Origin: Halarcobacter sp.
GTDB taxonomy: Bacteria; Campylobacterota; Campylobacteria; Campylobacterales; Arcobacteraceae
Assembly: GCA_963676565.1 (NCBI GenBank)
Contig: OY781089.1
Span: 896,001-960,000, forward strand
DNA length: 64,000 nt
Direction of reading: 5' to 3'
Both the position numbers and the translations under genes were made by a program. Below, in pieces: positions 18,936 to 29,377 of this stretch. Numbering within the stretch: position 1 is the stretch's first letter; every line of letters starts with the position of its first letter. The notes under the pieces were generated by a model. It was not told the DNA's origin and ran no database searches. It saw only the letters and a list, made by a program, of their open reading frames with translations.

Positions 18936-20540
18936 ATGAAAAAATCAAATTTAATCAAAATAATCTTTCTTAATTTATTTTTTTTAACTTCACTTTTTGC
19001 TTCTTTTGAGACTGATATTGAGGCATTAAAAACAAAATCTTTTAAAAAGAAACAAGAAGTTATAACTCAACTAGTTGAAAAATACTCTGATGATGAAAGA
19101 ACAGAAACTCTTTTAAAGAAAATGGTCGATGGTGACCTTTTTTATACAGAAAAAGAGGGAACATTCGTAATCTTAGAAAAAAAAGAGGGAAGTACTTACC
19201 ATACAAAAACTTTTTTAGATGGAAAAGTTTTAGAACCTCAAAATAAAAAAGAGTTTAACAAGGTAAAAACAAATAATAGATTAAGAAGTGTTATTAAGTC
19301 AAATCTTGCTGAAATGAATCTTTTTTCTAAGAAAAAGGAAGTAAGGCTAAAATCTGCAAAAAATATTCTTTCAAATGTTGATGAAGATTCAAAAGAGTTA
19401 ATCAACAAAGCATTATCAAAAGAGAAAGATAGCGATGTAAAAGAGGTTTTACTTGAAGCAAAAACTATAATTCTTGCAAAGTATTCTAGTGGTGAAGAGC
19501 AACTACAAGCAGTTAAAGATTTAAGTGATTTTATCTCTTCAGATACTTTAGCAACTTTAAAAACAATTGAAAATAAAGAAGATATTTCAACAGAACTAAA
19601 AAAAGCTGTAACAAGCTCAATCTCTACTGTTGAAACTATTAGATCATATTATGGTGTTTTAGAAAAAGCATTTTTTGGTCTAAGTATGGGGTCTGTTTTA
19701 TTACTTGCTGCAATTGGACTTGCTATTACCTTTGGTGTTATGAAAGTAATTAATATGGCACATGGTGAAATGATGATGATTGGAGCATATACAACTTATA
19801 CTCTTCAACAAGTTATGCCAGGACTTATTGAGTATTCAATTTTAGTTGCTATCCCTGCTGCATTTATTGTAAGTGGTATTGTTGGGATTATTATTGAAAG
19901 ACTTGTTATTAGACATCTTTATGGAAGACCACTTGAAACATTATTAGCAACATTTGGGATTAGTTTAATATTACAACAAATTGTAAGAACAATCTATTCT
20001 CCACTAAATCAAGAGGTTAAAACTCCTGATTGGATGAGTGGTGCATGGGAAATAAATAGTGCACTATCTTTAACATACAACAGATTATATATCATAATTT
20101 TTGCATTACTTGTGTTTGTTGGGGTTTTAATGGTTTTAAATAAAACAAGTTTAGGACTTAAAGTGCGAGCTGTAACTCAAAATAGACAAATGGCACAAGC
20201 TATGGGTATCAAAACTTCATGGATAGATGCAATGACTTTTGGTATTGGTTCTGGTATTGCTGGTATTGCAGGAGTTGCTTTATCTCAACTTACTAATGTT
20301 GGTCCAAATCTAGGGCAAGCATATATTGTAGATAGTTTTATGGTTGTTGTATTTGGTGGTGTTGGTAACCTTTGGGGAACACTAATTGGTGCAATTACAC
20401 TAGGTGAGATTAATAAATTTATTGAGCCAGTTGCTGGGGCAGTTCTTGCAAAAGTAATTATCCTTGTATTTATAATTTTATTTATTCAGAAGAAACCAAG
20501 AGGTCTGTTCCCACAAAAGGGAAGAGATGCTCAAGATTAA
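18936..20540 (+). CDS. urtB: Urea ABC transporter permease UrtB (with large periplasmic N-terminal domain)
   Basis: GLS.GSVLLLAAIGLAITFGVM.VINMAHGE, YGRPLETLLATFG, FPQKGR. Confidence 0.93.
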   Translation: MKKSNLIKIIFLNLFFLTSLFASFETDIEALKTKSFKKKQEVITQLVEKYSDDERTETLLKKMVDGDLFYTEKEGTFVILEKKEGSTYHTKTFLDGKVLEPQNKKEFNKVKTNNRLRSVIKSNLAEMNLFSKKKEVRLKSAKNILSNVDEDSKELINKALSKEKDSDVKEVLLEAKTIILAKYSSGEEQLQAVKDLSDFISSDTLATLKTIENKEDISTELKKAVTSSISTVETIRSYYGVLEKAFFGLSMGSVLLLAAIGLAITFGVMKVINMAHGEMMMIGAYTTYTLQQVMPGLIEYSILVAIPAAFIVSGIVGIIIERLVIRHLYGRPLETLLATFGISLILQQIVRTIYSPLNQEVKTPDWMSGAWEINSALSLTYNRLYIIIFALLVFVGVLMVLNKTSLGLKVRAVTQNRQMAQAMGIKTSWIDAMTFGIGSGIAGIAGVALSQLTNVGPNLGQAYIVDSFMVVVFGGVGNLWGTLIGAITLGEINKFIEPVAGAVLAKVIILVFIILFIQKKPRGLFPQKGRDAQD

Positions 20541-20549
20541 GGTATAAAA

Positions 20550-21695
20550 ATGGAAAATATAAAAAGAAAACCAATAATTTTACAAATTTTAAATAATGAC
20601 CTTGGTGGGAAAATAGTTCTTGGTGTTTTAGCTTTGGTGGTAATCTATGTTTCCTTTGCAAATCTAGTATTACCAGAAGGTTCAACATTTCATATCTCAA
20701 CTTATACAGTAACACTTTTAGGTAAATATTTAGCCTTTGCTCTTTTAGCATTGGCACTTGATTTAGTGTGGGGGTATATTGGAATACTTAGCCTTGGTCA
20801 TGGTGCATTTTTTGCCCTTGGTGGTTATGCTATGGGTATGTACTTAATGAGACAAATAGGTGATAGAGGGGTTTATGGAAATCCTGAATTACCAGACTTT
20901 ATGGTATTTATGAATCTAAAAGAGCTACCATGGTTTTGGTATGGTTTTGATAATCCTATTTTTACACTTATTATGATTATGTTTGTGCCTGGATTATTAG
21001 CTTTTGTTTTTGGATATTTAGCATTTAGATCTAGAGTAACTGGGGTTTATTTATCAATTATAACTCAAGCTATGACATATGCTCTTATGCTTGCATTTTT
21101 TAGAAATGACATGGGTTTTGGTGGAAACAATGGTTTAACAGATTTTAAAGATATCTTAGGGTTTGACTTGCAAGCTGATGGTACTAGAATCGCTCTTTTA
21201 ATTATCTCATTTTTAGCTTTAACAGGTGGTTACTTAATATCTAGATTTATTATGAATTCAAGACTAGGACGTGTTTGTATAGCAATTCGTGATGGTGAGA
21301 GTAGAACTAGGTTTATAGGTTATAGAGTTGAACAATATAAGCTATTTATTTTTGTAGTTAGTGCAGCTATGGCTGGTATTGCAGGGGCTTTATATGTACC
21401 ACAAGTAGGAATTATAAACCCTGGTGTTTTCTCACCATTGTTTTCAATTGAGCTTGTTATTTGGGTAGCAATTGGTGGACGTGGAACTTTATATGGTGCA
21501 ATCGTTGGAGCTTTCATTGTTAATTATGCAAGTACATATTTTACATCAGCACTTCCAGAAGTTTGGTTATATGCTTTAGGTGGATTGTTTGTAGTGGTTA
21601 CTTTATTCTTACCAAAGGGTGTGGTTGGGTTAATCTCACAAATAAAAGACAACTTAAATAAAGACAAAGGTGAAGTTCAAAATGCTACTGCTTAA
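20550..21695 (+). CDS. urtC: Urea ABC transporter permease UrtC
   Basis: LDLVWGY.GILSLGHG, LPDFM, FRSRV.GVYLSIITQA, GGNNGLTDF. Confidence 0.93.
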   Translation: MENIKRKPIILQILNNDLGGKIVLGVLALVVIYVSFANLVLPEGSTFHISTYTVTLLGKYLAFALLALALDLVWGYIGILSLGHGAFFALGGYAMGMYLMRQIGDRGVYGNPELPDFMVFMNLKELPWFWYGFDNPIFTLIMIMFVPGLLAFVFGYLAFRSRVTGVYLSIITQAMTYALMLAFFRNDMGFGGNNGLTDFKDILGFDLQADGTRIALLIISFLALTGGYLISRFIMNSRLGRVCIAIRDGESRTRFIGYRVEQYKLFIFVVSAAMAGIAGALYVPQVGIINPGVFSPLFSIELVIWVAIGGRGTLYGAIVGAFIVNYASTYFTSALPEVWLYALGGLFVVVTLFLPKGVVGLISQIKDNLNKDKGEVQNATA

Positions 21696-22470
21696 ACATG
21701 AAAATGAACAAAATGTAGGAGATTTAAAAAAAGGTGATAGAATCCTTTATTTAGATGATGTAACAGTAAGTTTTGATGGGTTTAAAGCTTTAAACTCTTT
21801 ATCTTTATCTATTGAATATGAAGAGTTAAGATGTATCATTGGAGCAAATGGAGCTGGAAAGTCTACGATGATGGATGTTATTACAGGGAAAACTAGTCCA
21901 GATAAAGGGCAAGTTATATTTGGTAAAGCTGTAAATTTACTTGAAATGGATGAGCCAAGTATTGCTGAAATTGGGATTGGAAGAAAGTTTCAAAAACCAA
22001 CAGTATTTGAAGGACACTCAGTTTTTGAAAACCTTGAATTAGCTATGAAAGATGATAAAAGGTTTTTTAAAACACTTTTTGCAAAATTAAGTGGTGAACA
22101 AAAAGACAAAATTGAAGAGACTATGGAACTAATTGGTTTAAAAGATTTTTATAATACCCAAGCAGCTATTTTATCTCATGGTCAAAAACAATGGTTAGAA
22201 ATAGGAATGCTTTTAATGCAAAGCCCAAAGCTACTTTTAGTTGATGAGCCAGTTGCAGGTATGACTCCTGGTGAAGTTGAAAAAACAGGACAAATTTTAA
22301 CAGAATTATCAAAATCACACTCAGTTGTTGTGGTTGAACACGATATGGAATTTATTAGAAGTATTGCAAAAAAAGTAACCGTTTTACATGAAGGTTCTGT
22401 TTTAGCTGAGGGTTCTATGAAAGATGTACAAGAAAATGAAAAAGTTAGACGTGTCTATTTGGGAGAGTAA
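21682..22470 (+). CDS. urtD: Urea ABC transporter ATP-binding protein UrtD
   Basis: VSFDGFKAL, GANGAGKS, GRKFQKPTVF, LSHGQKQWLEIGM; start moved to ATG 21682. Confidence 0.93.
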   Translation: MLLLKHENEQNVGDLKKGDRILYLDDVTVSFDGFKALNSLSLSIEYEELRCIIGANGAGKSTMMDVITGKTSPDKGQVIFGKAVNLLEMDEPSIAEIGIGRKFQKPTVFEGHSVFENLELAMKDDKRFFKTLFAKLSGEQKDKIEETMELIGLKDFYNTQAAILSHGQKQWLEIGMLLMQSPKLLLVDEPVAGMTPGEVEKTGQILTELSKSHSVVVVEHDMEFIRSIAKKVTVLHEGSVLAEGSMKDVQENEKVRRVYLGE

Positions 22471-22471
22471 T

Positions 22472-23167
22472 ATGCTAGAAATCAAAAAATTAAATCAATT
22501 TTACGGACAAAGCCATACTTTATGGGATTTAGACCTTGAAATCAAACAAGGAAGATGTACTTGTCTTATGGGAAGAAATGGTGTTGGAAAAACAACACTA
22601 ATGAAATCAATTATGGGGCTTCTTCCAATAAAAGGTGGTGAATTACTTTTTGAAGGAAAAGATATTTCAAAACTTGGAAGTGAAAAAAGAGCAGGTATAG
22701 GAATAGGGTATGTTCCCCAAGGAAGGGAAATATTTTCACAACTAACAGTTAAAGAGAATATTGATATAGGATTACTTGGAAATAGAAATGGATTAAAACA
22801 AGTTCCTGATAAAATCTATGAACTATTTCCTGTATTAAAAGAGATGTTAAAAAGAAAAGGTGGAGACCTAAGTGGAGGTCAGCAACAACAACTTGCAATT
22901 GCAAGAGCACTTTGTCTTGAACCGAAGCTTTTAATACTTGATGAGCCAGCAGAAGGTATTCAACCAAATATTGTGCAACAAATTGGAGAGGTTATTGATT
23001 ATCTTACAAAAGAGGAGAAGATAACAGTAATCCTTGTTGAACAAAAACTTCCTTTTGCTAGACGTCATGGGGATGATTTTTACCTTGTTGATAGAGGTAG
23101 AGTTGTAGCAAACGGTGAAATTGAAAATCTAAATGATGATATAGTAGAACAATATTTATCTGTATAA
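22472..23167 (+). CDS. urtE: Urea ABC transporter ATP-binding protein UrtE
   Basis: YGQSH.L, GRNGVGKTT, YVPQGREIF, GGDLSGGQQQQLAI, EGIQPNI; start moved to ATG 22472 (SD GGAGAG). Confidence 0.93.
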   Translation: MLEIKKLNQFYGQSHTLWDLDLEIKQGRCTCLMGRNGVGKTTLMKSIMGLLPIKGGELLFEGKDISKLGSEKRAGIGIGYVPQGREIFSQLTVKENIDIGLLGNRNGLKQVPDKIYELFPVLKEMLKRKGGDLSGGQQQQLAIARALCLEPKLLILDEPAEGIQPNIVQQIGEVIDYLTKEEKITVILVEQKLPFARRHGDDFYLVDRGRVVANGEIENLNDDIVEQYLSV

Positions 23168-23247
23168 AAGTATAAGTTTTATACAAATGTAAAAATATTA
23201 ATCTTTTATTTTTTGATATACTAAAAAATATATTTACAAGGGTAATA

Positions 23248-23997
23248 ATGAGTATATCAATAGGTTTTGAAAAAGATGTTTTTTCCTTAGAAAAACTAAA
23301 ACTTCCCACAAGACATTACTATTTTAACGATACAGAAAATTATGTAAAGTTATTAAGTATAGGGGAAGGAATCTTCCCCAAAGATAGAATAAAAACAAAT
23401 ATTAAATTAGAAGACTCAACGGCAATAGTAACAACAGAAAGTGCTACAAAAGTATATCCTTCAAAGAAAGAGTTTGGAATAAACTATATAAATATTGATT
23501 TAAAATCTTCAAACTTAGAAGTATTAAATGATGAGTTGATTTTATATAAAGACTCAAAACTTCTTCAAATATTAAGGCTTAATGCCGATAAAAACTCAAC
23601 TTTTTTTTACTCAGATATTTTGACTCAAGGTAGAAGTTATGAACACTTTGACTTTGATTCTATGTTAGTTAGAAATAAATTCTTTCATGAGAAGAAACTT
23701 GAATATTTTGAAAATTTTGAAGTTTTAGGTAAGGATTTAAAAGATTATATAAAAAGACATGAAAGTCAAAATTATATATATTTAAAAATTTATATTAAAA
23801 CAAAAGATGATGATAATTTTTTAAAAGAACTTCATAGTAATAACTTTAATTCCTTTACTTTTACAAAATCAAAAAAGATGATTTTAGGTTCAATTTGTGC
23901 AAATAGTATGATAGAGATAAAAAAATTGCAAATAGAGATTTGGAATTTATATAGAAAAAATTTAAATAAAGAGGAATTTTGTTTAGGCAAACAATAA
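23248..23997 (+). CDS. ureD: Urease accessory protein UreD/UreH (divergent)
   Basis: G.GIF..D, TTESATKVY, D..T.GR..E.F.F motifs; follows urtE and is the only accessory gene missing from the downstream ure cluster. Confidence 0.8.
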   Translation: MSISIGFEKDVFSLEKLKLPTRHYYFNDTENYVKLLSIGEGIFPKDRIKTNIKLEDSTAIVTTESATKVYPSKKEFGINYINIDLKSSNLEVLNDELILYKDSKLLQILRLNADKNSTFFYSDILTQGRSYEHFDFDSMLVRNKFFHEKKLEYFENFEVLGKDLKDYIKRHESQNYIYLKIYIKTKDDDNFLKELHSNNFNSFTFTKSKKMILGSICANSMIEIKKLQIEIWNLYRKNLNKEEFCLGKQ

Positions 23998-24039
23998 GTT
24001 TTCCTAAATAGATTAAAAGATAAATAATTAAGGTGTTAG

Positions 24040-24558
24040 ATGAAAATTGAAATAAAACCAAAACCTCTTACCCGAGAAGCTTTCAAAAAATTTGGTGAAG
24101 TAATAAGTAAAGAGGGTAGGGATTCAATAAGTATTAACAGAGATTCTGCCCAAAAATTTTACGAAATATGTAATATGGATACAAATGAAAAAAGTGGGAT
24201 GACAACCTTACATATTTATATAGGGAATAAAAGAGAATTCCCTTTACAAATTGATATGTTAGAAAAACATCCATTATTTTCACAAACATTTATTCCAAGA
24301 AGTAAAGAGCCATTTTATTGTGTTGTTGCATTAGGTGGTAGGGAACCAGATTTATCAACTTTAGAAATCTTTGAAACTAATGGTGACCAAGGAGTTCATT
24401 ACAATAGGGGCATTTGGCATTTTCCATTAATATGTGTTAAAGATAAAGAAGAGTTTATTGTTTTAGATAGAGCAGGATTAAATAAAGAAGAAAAAATAAT
24501 AGTTGAACAAGTAGAATATAATATGAAAGATGAAGAGATTTATTTAGTAAGAGAATAA
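24040..24558 (+). CDS. allA: Ureidoglycolate lyase (copy 1)
   Basis: PLTREAF..FG.VI, MLEKHP..SQTFIP, F.TNG.QGV.Y.RG.WH.PL. Confidence 0.9.
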   Translation: MKIEIKPKPLTREAFKKFGEVISKEGRDSISINRDSAQKFYEICNMDTNEKSGMTTLHIYIGNKREFPLQIDMLEKHPLFSQTFIPRSKEPFYCVVALGGREPDLSTLEIFETNGDQGVHYNRGIWHFPLICVKDKEEFIVLDRAGLNKEEKIIVEQVEYNMKDEEIYLVRE

Positions 24559-24573
24559 ATCTCCATCTTTTTA

Positions 24574-25377
24574 TTACTTGTCTAATAACAATTTATCATC
24601 ATCTAACTCTTCACCATCTTCTCTTGCAAGGGCAAATAAATTAAGTAAATCTTTTACCTCATAATCAGATCTTTCTTTACCTTTTAAATCAAAGATAATT
24701 TTACCTTCGTGTAACATAATAGTTCGGCTCCCATGGTCTAAAGCTTGTCTCATTGAGTGAGTTACCATCATTACTGTTAATGATTTTTCTTCAATAATTT
24801 GTGAAGTAATATCCATAATAAGAGCTGCTGTTTTTGGATCTAATGCTGCTGTATGTTCATCTAGTAATAAAATACTACTTGGTTGTAAAGCTGACATTAA
24901 AAGACTAACTGATTGTCTCTGCCCTCCAGATAAAAGTCCCATTTGAGAATTTAATCTATCTTCAAGTCCAAGATTTAGTCTGCTTAACTGCTCTTGAAAG
25001 AGTTTACGTAAGTTACTATTTAGTGCAAAAGATAATGTACCTCTTTTACCACGACCATATGCTAAAGCCATATTCTCTTCAACTGTTAAATCACCACACG
25101 TTCCAGCAAGTGGGTCTTGAAATACTCTAGCTATATCTTTTGTACGACCAGTTGCAGGTAAAGATGTTACATCTCTATCATTAAAAAATATCTGCCCATG
25201 GGTTGCTTCAATATCACCTGCTATAGTATTAAGCAAGGTTGATTTTCCTGCACCATTTGAGCCAATAACTGTTACAAATTCACCTGTAGGTATAGTTAAA
25301 TCAACACCTCTTAAGGCTAACTTCTCAGTTGCTAAGCCATGGTTAAAAGTTACATGTAAATCCTTACAACAAATCAT
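24574..25377 (-). CDS. ABC transporter ATP-binding protein (ABC_sub_bind/TrpX-like system)
   Basis: VIGSNGAGKST, RVFQDP..GT, LSGGQRQ, LLLDEHTAALDPKT. Confidence 0.88.
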   Translation of the reverse strand: MICCKDLHVTFNHGLATEKLALRGVDLTIPTGEFVTVIGSNGAGKSTLLNTIAGDIEATHGQIFFNDRDVTSLPATGRTKDIARVFQDPLAGTCGDLTVEENMALAYGRGKRGTLSFALNSNLRKLFQEQLSRLNLGLEDRLNSQMGLLSGGQRQSVSLLMSALQPSSILLLDEHTAALDPKTAALIMDITSQIIEEKSLTVMMVTHSMRQALDHGSRTIMLHEGKIIFDLKGKERSDYEVKDLLNLFALAREDGEELDDDKLLLDK

Positions 25378-26276
25378 ACTTTTTTCCTTTTAGCTTTTTT
25401 CGCTTTATATTCACTTCGTAGTTTTGGGAATATTAATGATAAGGTAACAAGTACAGCCGTAAGTAGATTTAAGTCAGATGCTTGGAAACCTAAGAAGTCT
25501 GCATTAAGTGCCATTGAAACTGCAACCCTATATAAAATAGAACCAAGAATACAACTTAATACTACAACTAACATAGATTTTGTTCCAAATAAAGACTCAC
25601 CTATAATAACAGCAGCAAGTCCTACAACAATAGTTCCAATCCCCATTGTTGAATCTGCAAAACCACTAGTTTGCGCAAATAAAGCTCCTGCAAGTCCTAC
25701 TAAACCATTTGATAAAGCAAGTCCTACATACACTTTCTCTTTTACAACAATACCATTTGCTTGAGCCATTCTTTTATTAGAACCAACTGCTCTCATTGCT
25801 AAACCGTATTGTGTGTATAAGAACCATGCCAATAATAATCCACCAATAATTGCGCATACAGCTACAAATATAACTTTTAGATACATAGCTGGAATTCCTA
25901 AATCTTCAAATGGAGTTAACATAGTAGGCTCCATGATTAATGCAAGATTTGGTTTTCCCATTACACGAAGATTTATTGTGTATAAAGCTGTCATTGTAAG
26001 AATACTTGCAAGTAAATGAAGAATATTAAATCGTAAGTTTAACCATGCTGTAACAATACCTGCACATGCAGCTGCAAGTGTACCTAATAAAGTTGCTAAA
26101 TAAGGGTTTACTCCTGAGACTATTAGAGCAGCAGTTGCAGCCGCTCCTAGTGTAAAACTTCCATCAACAGTTAAATCTGGAAAATCTAAAATACGAAAAG
26201 TAAGATAGACTCCCATAGCAACTAAACCATAAATAAACCCTATTTCAAGTGTTCCTAAAAAAGCATAAAGTGACAA
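25374..26276 (-). CDS. ABC transporter permease (ABC_sub_bind/TrpX-like system)
   Basis: FRILDFPDLTVDGSF.LG, LYTINLR.MG.PN, MG.GTIV.GLA.VIIGE; TTG start. Confidence 0.88.
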   Translation of the reverse strand: MSLYAFLGTLEIGFIYGLVAMGVYLTFRILDFPDLTVDGSFTLGAAATAALIVSGVNPYLATLLGTLAAACAGIVTAWLNLRFNILHLLASILTMTALYTINLRVMGKPNLALIMEPTMLTPFEDLGIPAMYLKVIFVAVCAIIGGLLLAWFLYTQYGLAMRAVGSNKRMAQANGIVVKEKVYVGLALSNGLVGLAGALFAQTSGFADSTMGIGTIVVGLAAVIIGESLFGTKSMLVVVLSCILGSILYRVAVSMALNADFLGFQASDLNLLTAVLVTLSLIFPKLRSEYKAKKAKRKKV

Positions 26277-26291
26277 GTTGACAACTTTTAA

Positions 26292-27251
26292 TTATTTAAC
26301 AATTTTAGTAGCTTTTTCAAGTACTGATTTTGGAACTTCAATTCCCATTCTTTTAGCCATTTTTGGATTAACATAAAGGTCAGTTCCCTTAGCCATTTTT
26401 ACATCAATATCCCCTGGTTTTTCACCCTTTAAAATTCTTATAACAATATCTCCAGTTTGTTTCCCTAAATCAAAGTAGTTATAACCAACAGCAGCAATTG
26501 CTCCTCTTTCAACTGTACTTGTATCACCAGCAAAAACTGGAACTTGTGCATCAATACCAACTTTTACAACTGACTCAACAGCAGAGATAATAGTATTATC
26601 AATTGGACAGTAAATTGCATCTACTTTACCAACTAATTGTTTAGCTGCAATCATTACATCAGAAGATTTTGGAGCAGCTGCTTCTACAATTTTGATATCC
26701 ATTTCTTTTGCTACATCTTTAGCACTATTTAACATTGAAACAGAATTTGCTTCACCTGGATTATATGGAATACCAATTGTTTTTAGATTTGGTATAAAGT
26801 TCTTAATTAAAGTAAAATGTTCTTTAATATTAGCCATATCTGATAGACCTGTAACATTTCCACCTGGTTTTTTAAGTGTTGGTACAAGTTTTGCCGCAAG
26901 AGGGTCTGTTACTGCTGAAAATACAACAGGGATTGTTTTAGTAGCAGTAACTGCTGATTGCGCAGATGGTGTTGCAATTGCAACAATTATATCAGGGTTT
27001 TCACCTACCATTTTTCTAGCAATTTGTGAAGCGATATCAGGTTTTCCCTGAGCACTTTCATAAGTAAACTTAAGGTTTTCACCACTGTAACCATTATCAT
27101 TTAATGTTTGTTTGATACCATCTCTAACAGCATCTAAAGCAGGATGTTCTACAATTGCAGTTGTTGCAATATACACAGGTTTAGCTTGTAAAGCAGAAGA
27201 TACTAAAAGTGTTGATACAAGAGCACTTTTAAAAATTGAACTTAATCTCAT
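26292..27251 (-). CDS. ABC transporter substrate-binding protein (ABC_sub_bind, aromatic-amino-acid-type)
   Basis: VEHPALD, AQG, IATP.AQ, F.AVTDP, NVTG.SD, YN..E.NS, P.DNT. Confidence 0.88.
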   Translation of the reverse strand: MRLSSIFKSALVSTLLVSSALQAKPVYIATTAIVEHPALDAVRDGIKQTLNDNGYSGENLKFTYESAQGKPDIASQIARKMVGENPDIIVAIATPSAQSAVTATKTIPVVFSAVTDPLAAKLVPTLKKPGGNVTGLSDMANIKEHFTLIKNFIPNLKTIGIPYNPGEANSVSMLNSAKDVAKEMDIKIVEAAAPKSSDVMIAAKQLVGKVDAIYCPIDNTIISAVESVVKVGIDAQVPVFAGDTSTVERGAIAAVGYNYFDLGKQTGDIVIRILKGEKPGDIDVKMAKGTDLYVNPKMAKRMGIEVPKSVLEKATKIVK

Positions 27252-27438
27252 AATGAATTCCTTAGAATGATTTATTATTTATTTAAACTTAAAAATTTTT
27301 TTTAATAAAAATGTGAATTATTGTATATCTTTACAACTAAATGGTTACTTAGATGAAAAAAAATATAACTTAATTTTTATTTAATCCTCACTGACTAAAA
27401 TATGCCCTTGCAAAAATTTATAAAAGTAAGGAACTTAA

Positions 27439-28611
27439 ATGCAAAGTTCATCACTTAAAATATCATTTACTCTATTTTTTGTAGTATCAATAATATTTTC
27501 AACAATCTATACTCCACAAGCAATTTTACCCGTACTAAAACAAGAATTTAATATTAGTATTTTACAAACAAACCTATTATTATCTGGGATGTTATTTGTT
27601 TTAATGATAGCTACACCTTTTTATATCCCAATAATCAATCGTTTTGAGAAAAAGAATATTATGGTTGTCTGTACTTTTTTTCTTTTTATCTCTGTACTAA
27701 TCTCTGCTTTTTCTACAAACTTTTATATTTTACTTTTAAGCAGATTTCTACAAGGGATATTTTTACCAGGAATTACAGCAATTATACTTTCATATATTCA
27801 AGAGGTTTACTCTGAAAAACATAGGGCGATGGGAATAGGAATATATATGGCAGGGACAAGTTTTGGTGCTGTAATAGGGAGACTTTTAGCTGGGTGGATA
27901 ACATTTCTTTATTCATGGCAAAAAGCATTTCTTGCTTTTGCTGTTTTATTAGCAATAGCATTTATGATTACACTATTTACTTTCCCTAAAACAGAAAAAA
28001 ACCACCATGAAAAAAAAGGAATTACTACAAAAGAGTTGTTAAAATATATATCAAATATAAAAGTCTTAACAGCTCTTTTAGTTCCAACTATAGTATTCTT
28101 TTCTTTTATGGCTATTTCCACTTTTGTGACATACCATTTAGTAGAAGAACCTTTTAACCTAAATACCCATCAAGTGGGAAATATATTTTTAGTATTAATA
28201 TTAGGAATAATCATAAGCCCAATAGCAGGAAAAATCTCAGGTATTTTTGGGCACTTAAAAATCATATATCTAGGGATCTTTCTTTTGATTATAGGAATCT
28301 TTTTAACCTTGACAAGTTCAGTTGTTGGTGTTATTGTCGGTATTGCTTTTGTTACTATGGGTATGTTCTGTGCACAATCTGTAAGTCCTAGTTATATTTT
28401 TAAACTAATCCCAAATGAAAAAGAAAAGATAGCTATTGTACATCAAACTTTTTTCTATTTGGGTGGATCTTTAGGGACTTTTTTACCATCACTTTTATGG
28501 GAATATTACAAATATGATGGGGTTACATATTTTTGTATTTTCTTACTTTTATTTTTAATTACAATTTTGACTTTTCAAAAATTATATTATATAAAGCAGA
28601 GTAAAAATTAA
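27439..28611 (+). CDS. MFS transporter (YnfM-like)
   Basis: ~12 TM; Y.PQ.ILP, RFLQG, YI.E, G.Y.AG...GA..GR, FYLGGS.G. Confidence 0.8.
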   Translation: MQSSSLKISFTLFFVVSIIFSTIYTPQAILPVLKQEFNISILQTNLLLSGMLFVLMIATPFYIPIINRFEKKNIMVVCTFFLFISVLISAFSTNFYILLLSRFLQGIFLPGITAIILSYIQEVYSEKHRAMGIGIYMAGTSFGAVIGRLLAGWITFLYSWQKAFLAFAVLLAIAFMITLFTFPKTEKNHHEKKGITTKELLKYISNIKVLTALLVPTIVFFSFMAISTFVTYHLVEEPFNLNTHQVGNIFLVLILGIIISPIAGKISGIFGHLKIIYLGIFLLIIGIFLTLTSSVVGVIVGIAFVTMGMFCAQSVSPSYIFKLIPNEKEKIAIVHQTFFYLGGSLGTFLPSLLWEYYKYDGVTYFCIFLLLFLITILTFQKLYYIKQSKN

Positions 28612-28622
28612 GATTTACATCC

Positions 28623-28654
28623 TTATAAAATAGTCAAAATTGACTATTTTATAA
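28623..28654. terminator. Bidirectional terminator between convergent genes
   Basis: Perfect 15-bp arms TTATAAAATAGTCAA / TTGACTATTTTATAA. Confidence 0.7.
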
Positions 28655-29377
28655 TACAGCTGAAAGGAAACCTTGCAACTCTTTTGTTTGAGGATTTGCA
28701 AAGACCTCCTCACTTTTTCCAGTTTCCCAAATTAAACCATCATGCATAAAAATAACCCTATCTCCTATGTCCCTTGCAAAATTCATTTCATGGGTAACTA
28801 AGATTAAAGTGATTCCTTCACTTGCAAGTTCTTCAAGTACTTTTAAAACTTCGCCAACTAATTCAGGATCTAAAGCAGATGTAATCTCATCACATAATAA
28901 TACTTTTGGTGACATGGCTAAACTTCTTGCAATTGCAACTCTTTGTTTTTGACCACCTGATAAACTTTCTGGATATTGATTGAAAAAGTCTGCCATTCCA
29001 ACTTTTTCTAAACATTTAATTGCTAACTCTTTTGCTTCTTCTTTACTTTTGCCAAGTATTAACCTTGGAGATAACATTACATTTTCTCCTGCTGTTTTAT
29101 GTGGATAAAGATTAAAACTTTGAAATATCATTCCACAAACTTTACTTATCTTTTGTAATTGCAAATCGTTTGTAGTAACTTCTAAGTTACCTACAATTAT
29201 ATTTCCTTTTTGATGCTCTTCAAGACCATTTATACATCTAAGAAGTGTACTTTTACCAGAACCAGACTTTCCAATAATAGAGATTACTTCTCCAGCTTTC
29301 ACCTTTAAGTCTATCCCTTTTAGGATATGTTTCTCTCCATAATATTTATGTACACCTTCTAAACTAACTAGAGACAT
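28649..29377 (-). CDS. Polar amino-acid-type ABC transporter ATP-binding protein
   Basis: GKSGSGKSTLLRCINGLE, FQSFNL.PH, LSGGQKQRVAIAR, DEITSALDPELVGEV. Confidence 0.92.
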   Translation of the reverse strand: MSLVSLEGVHKYYGEKHILKGIDLKVKAGEVISIIGKSGSGKSTLLRCINGLEEHQKGNIIVGNLEVTTNDLQLQKISKVCGMIFQSFNLYPHKTAGENVMLSPRLILGKSKEEAKELAIKCLEKVGMADFFNQYPESLSGGQKQRVAIARSLAMSPKVLLCDEITSALDPELVGEVLKVLEELASEGITLILVTHEMNFARDIGDRVIFMHDGLIWETGKSEEVFANPQTKELQGFLSAVL

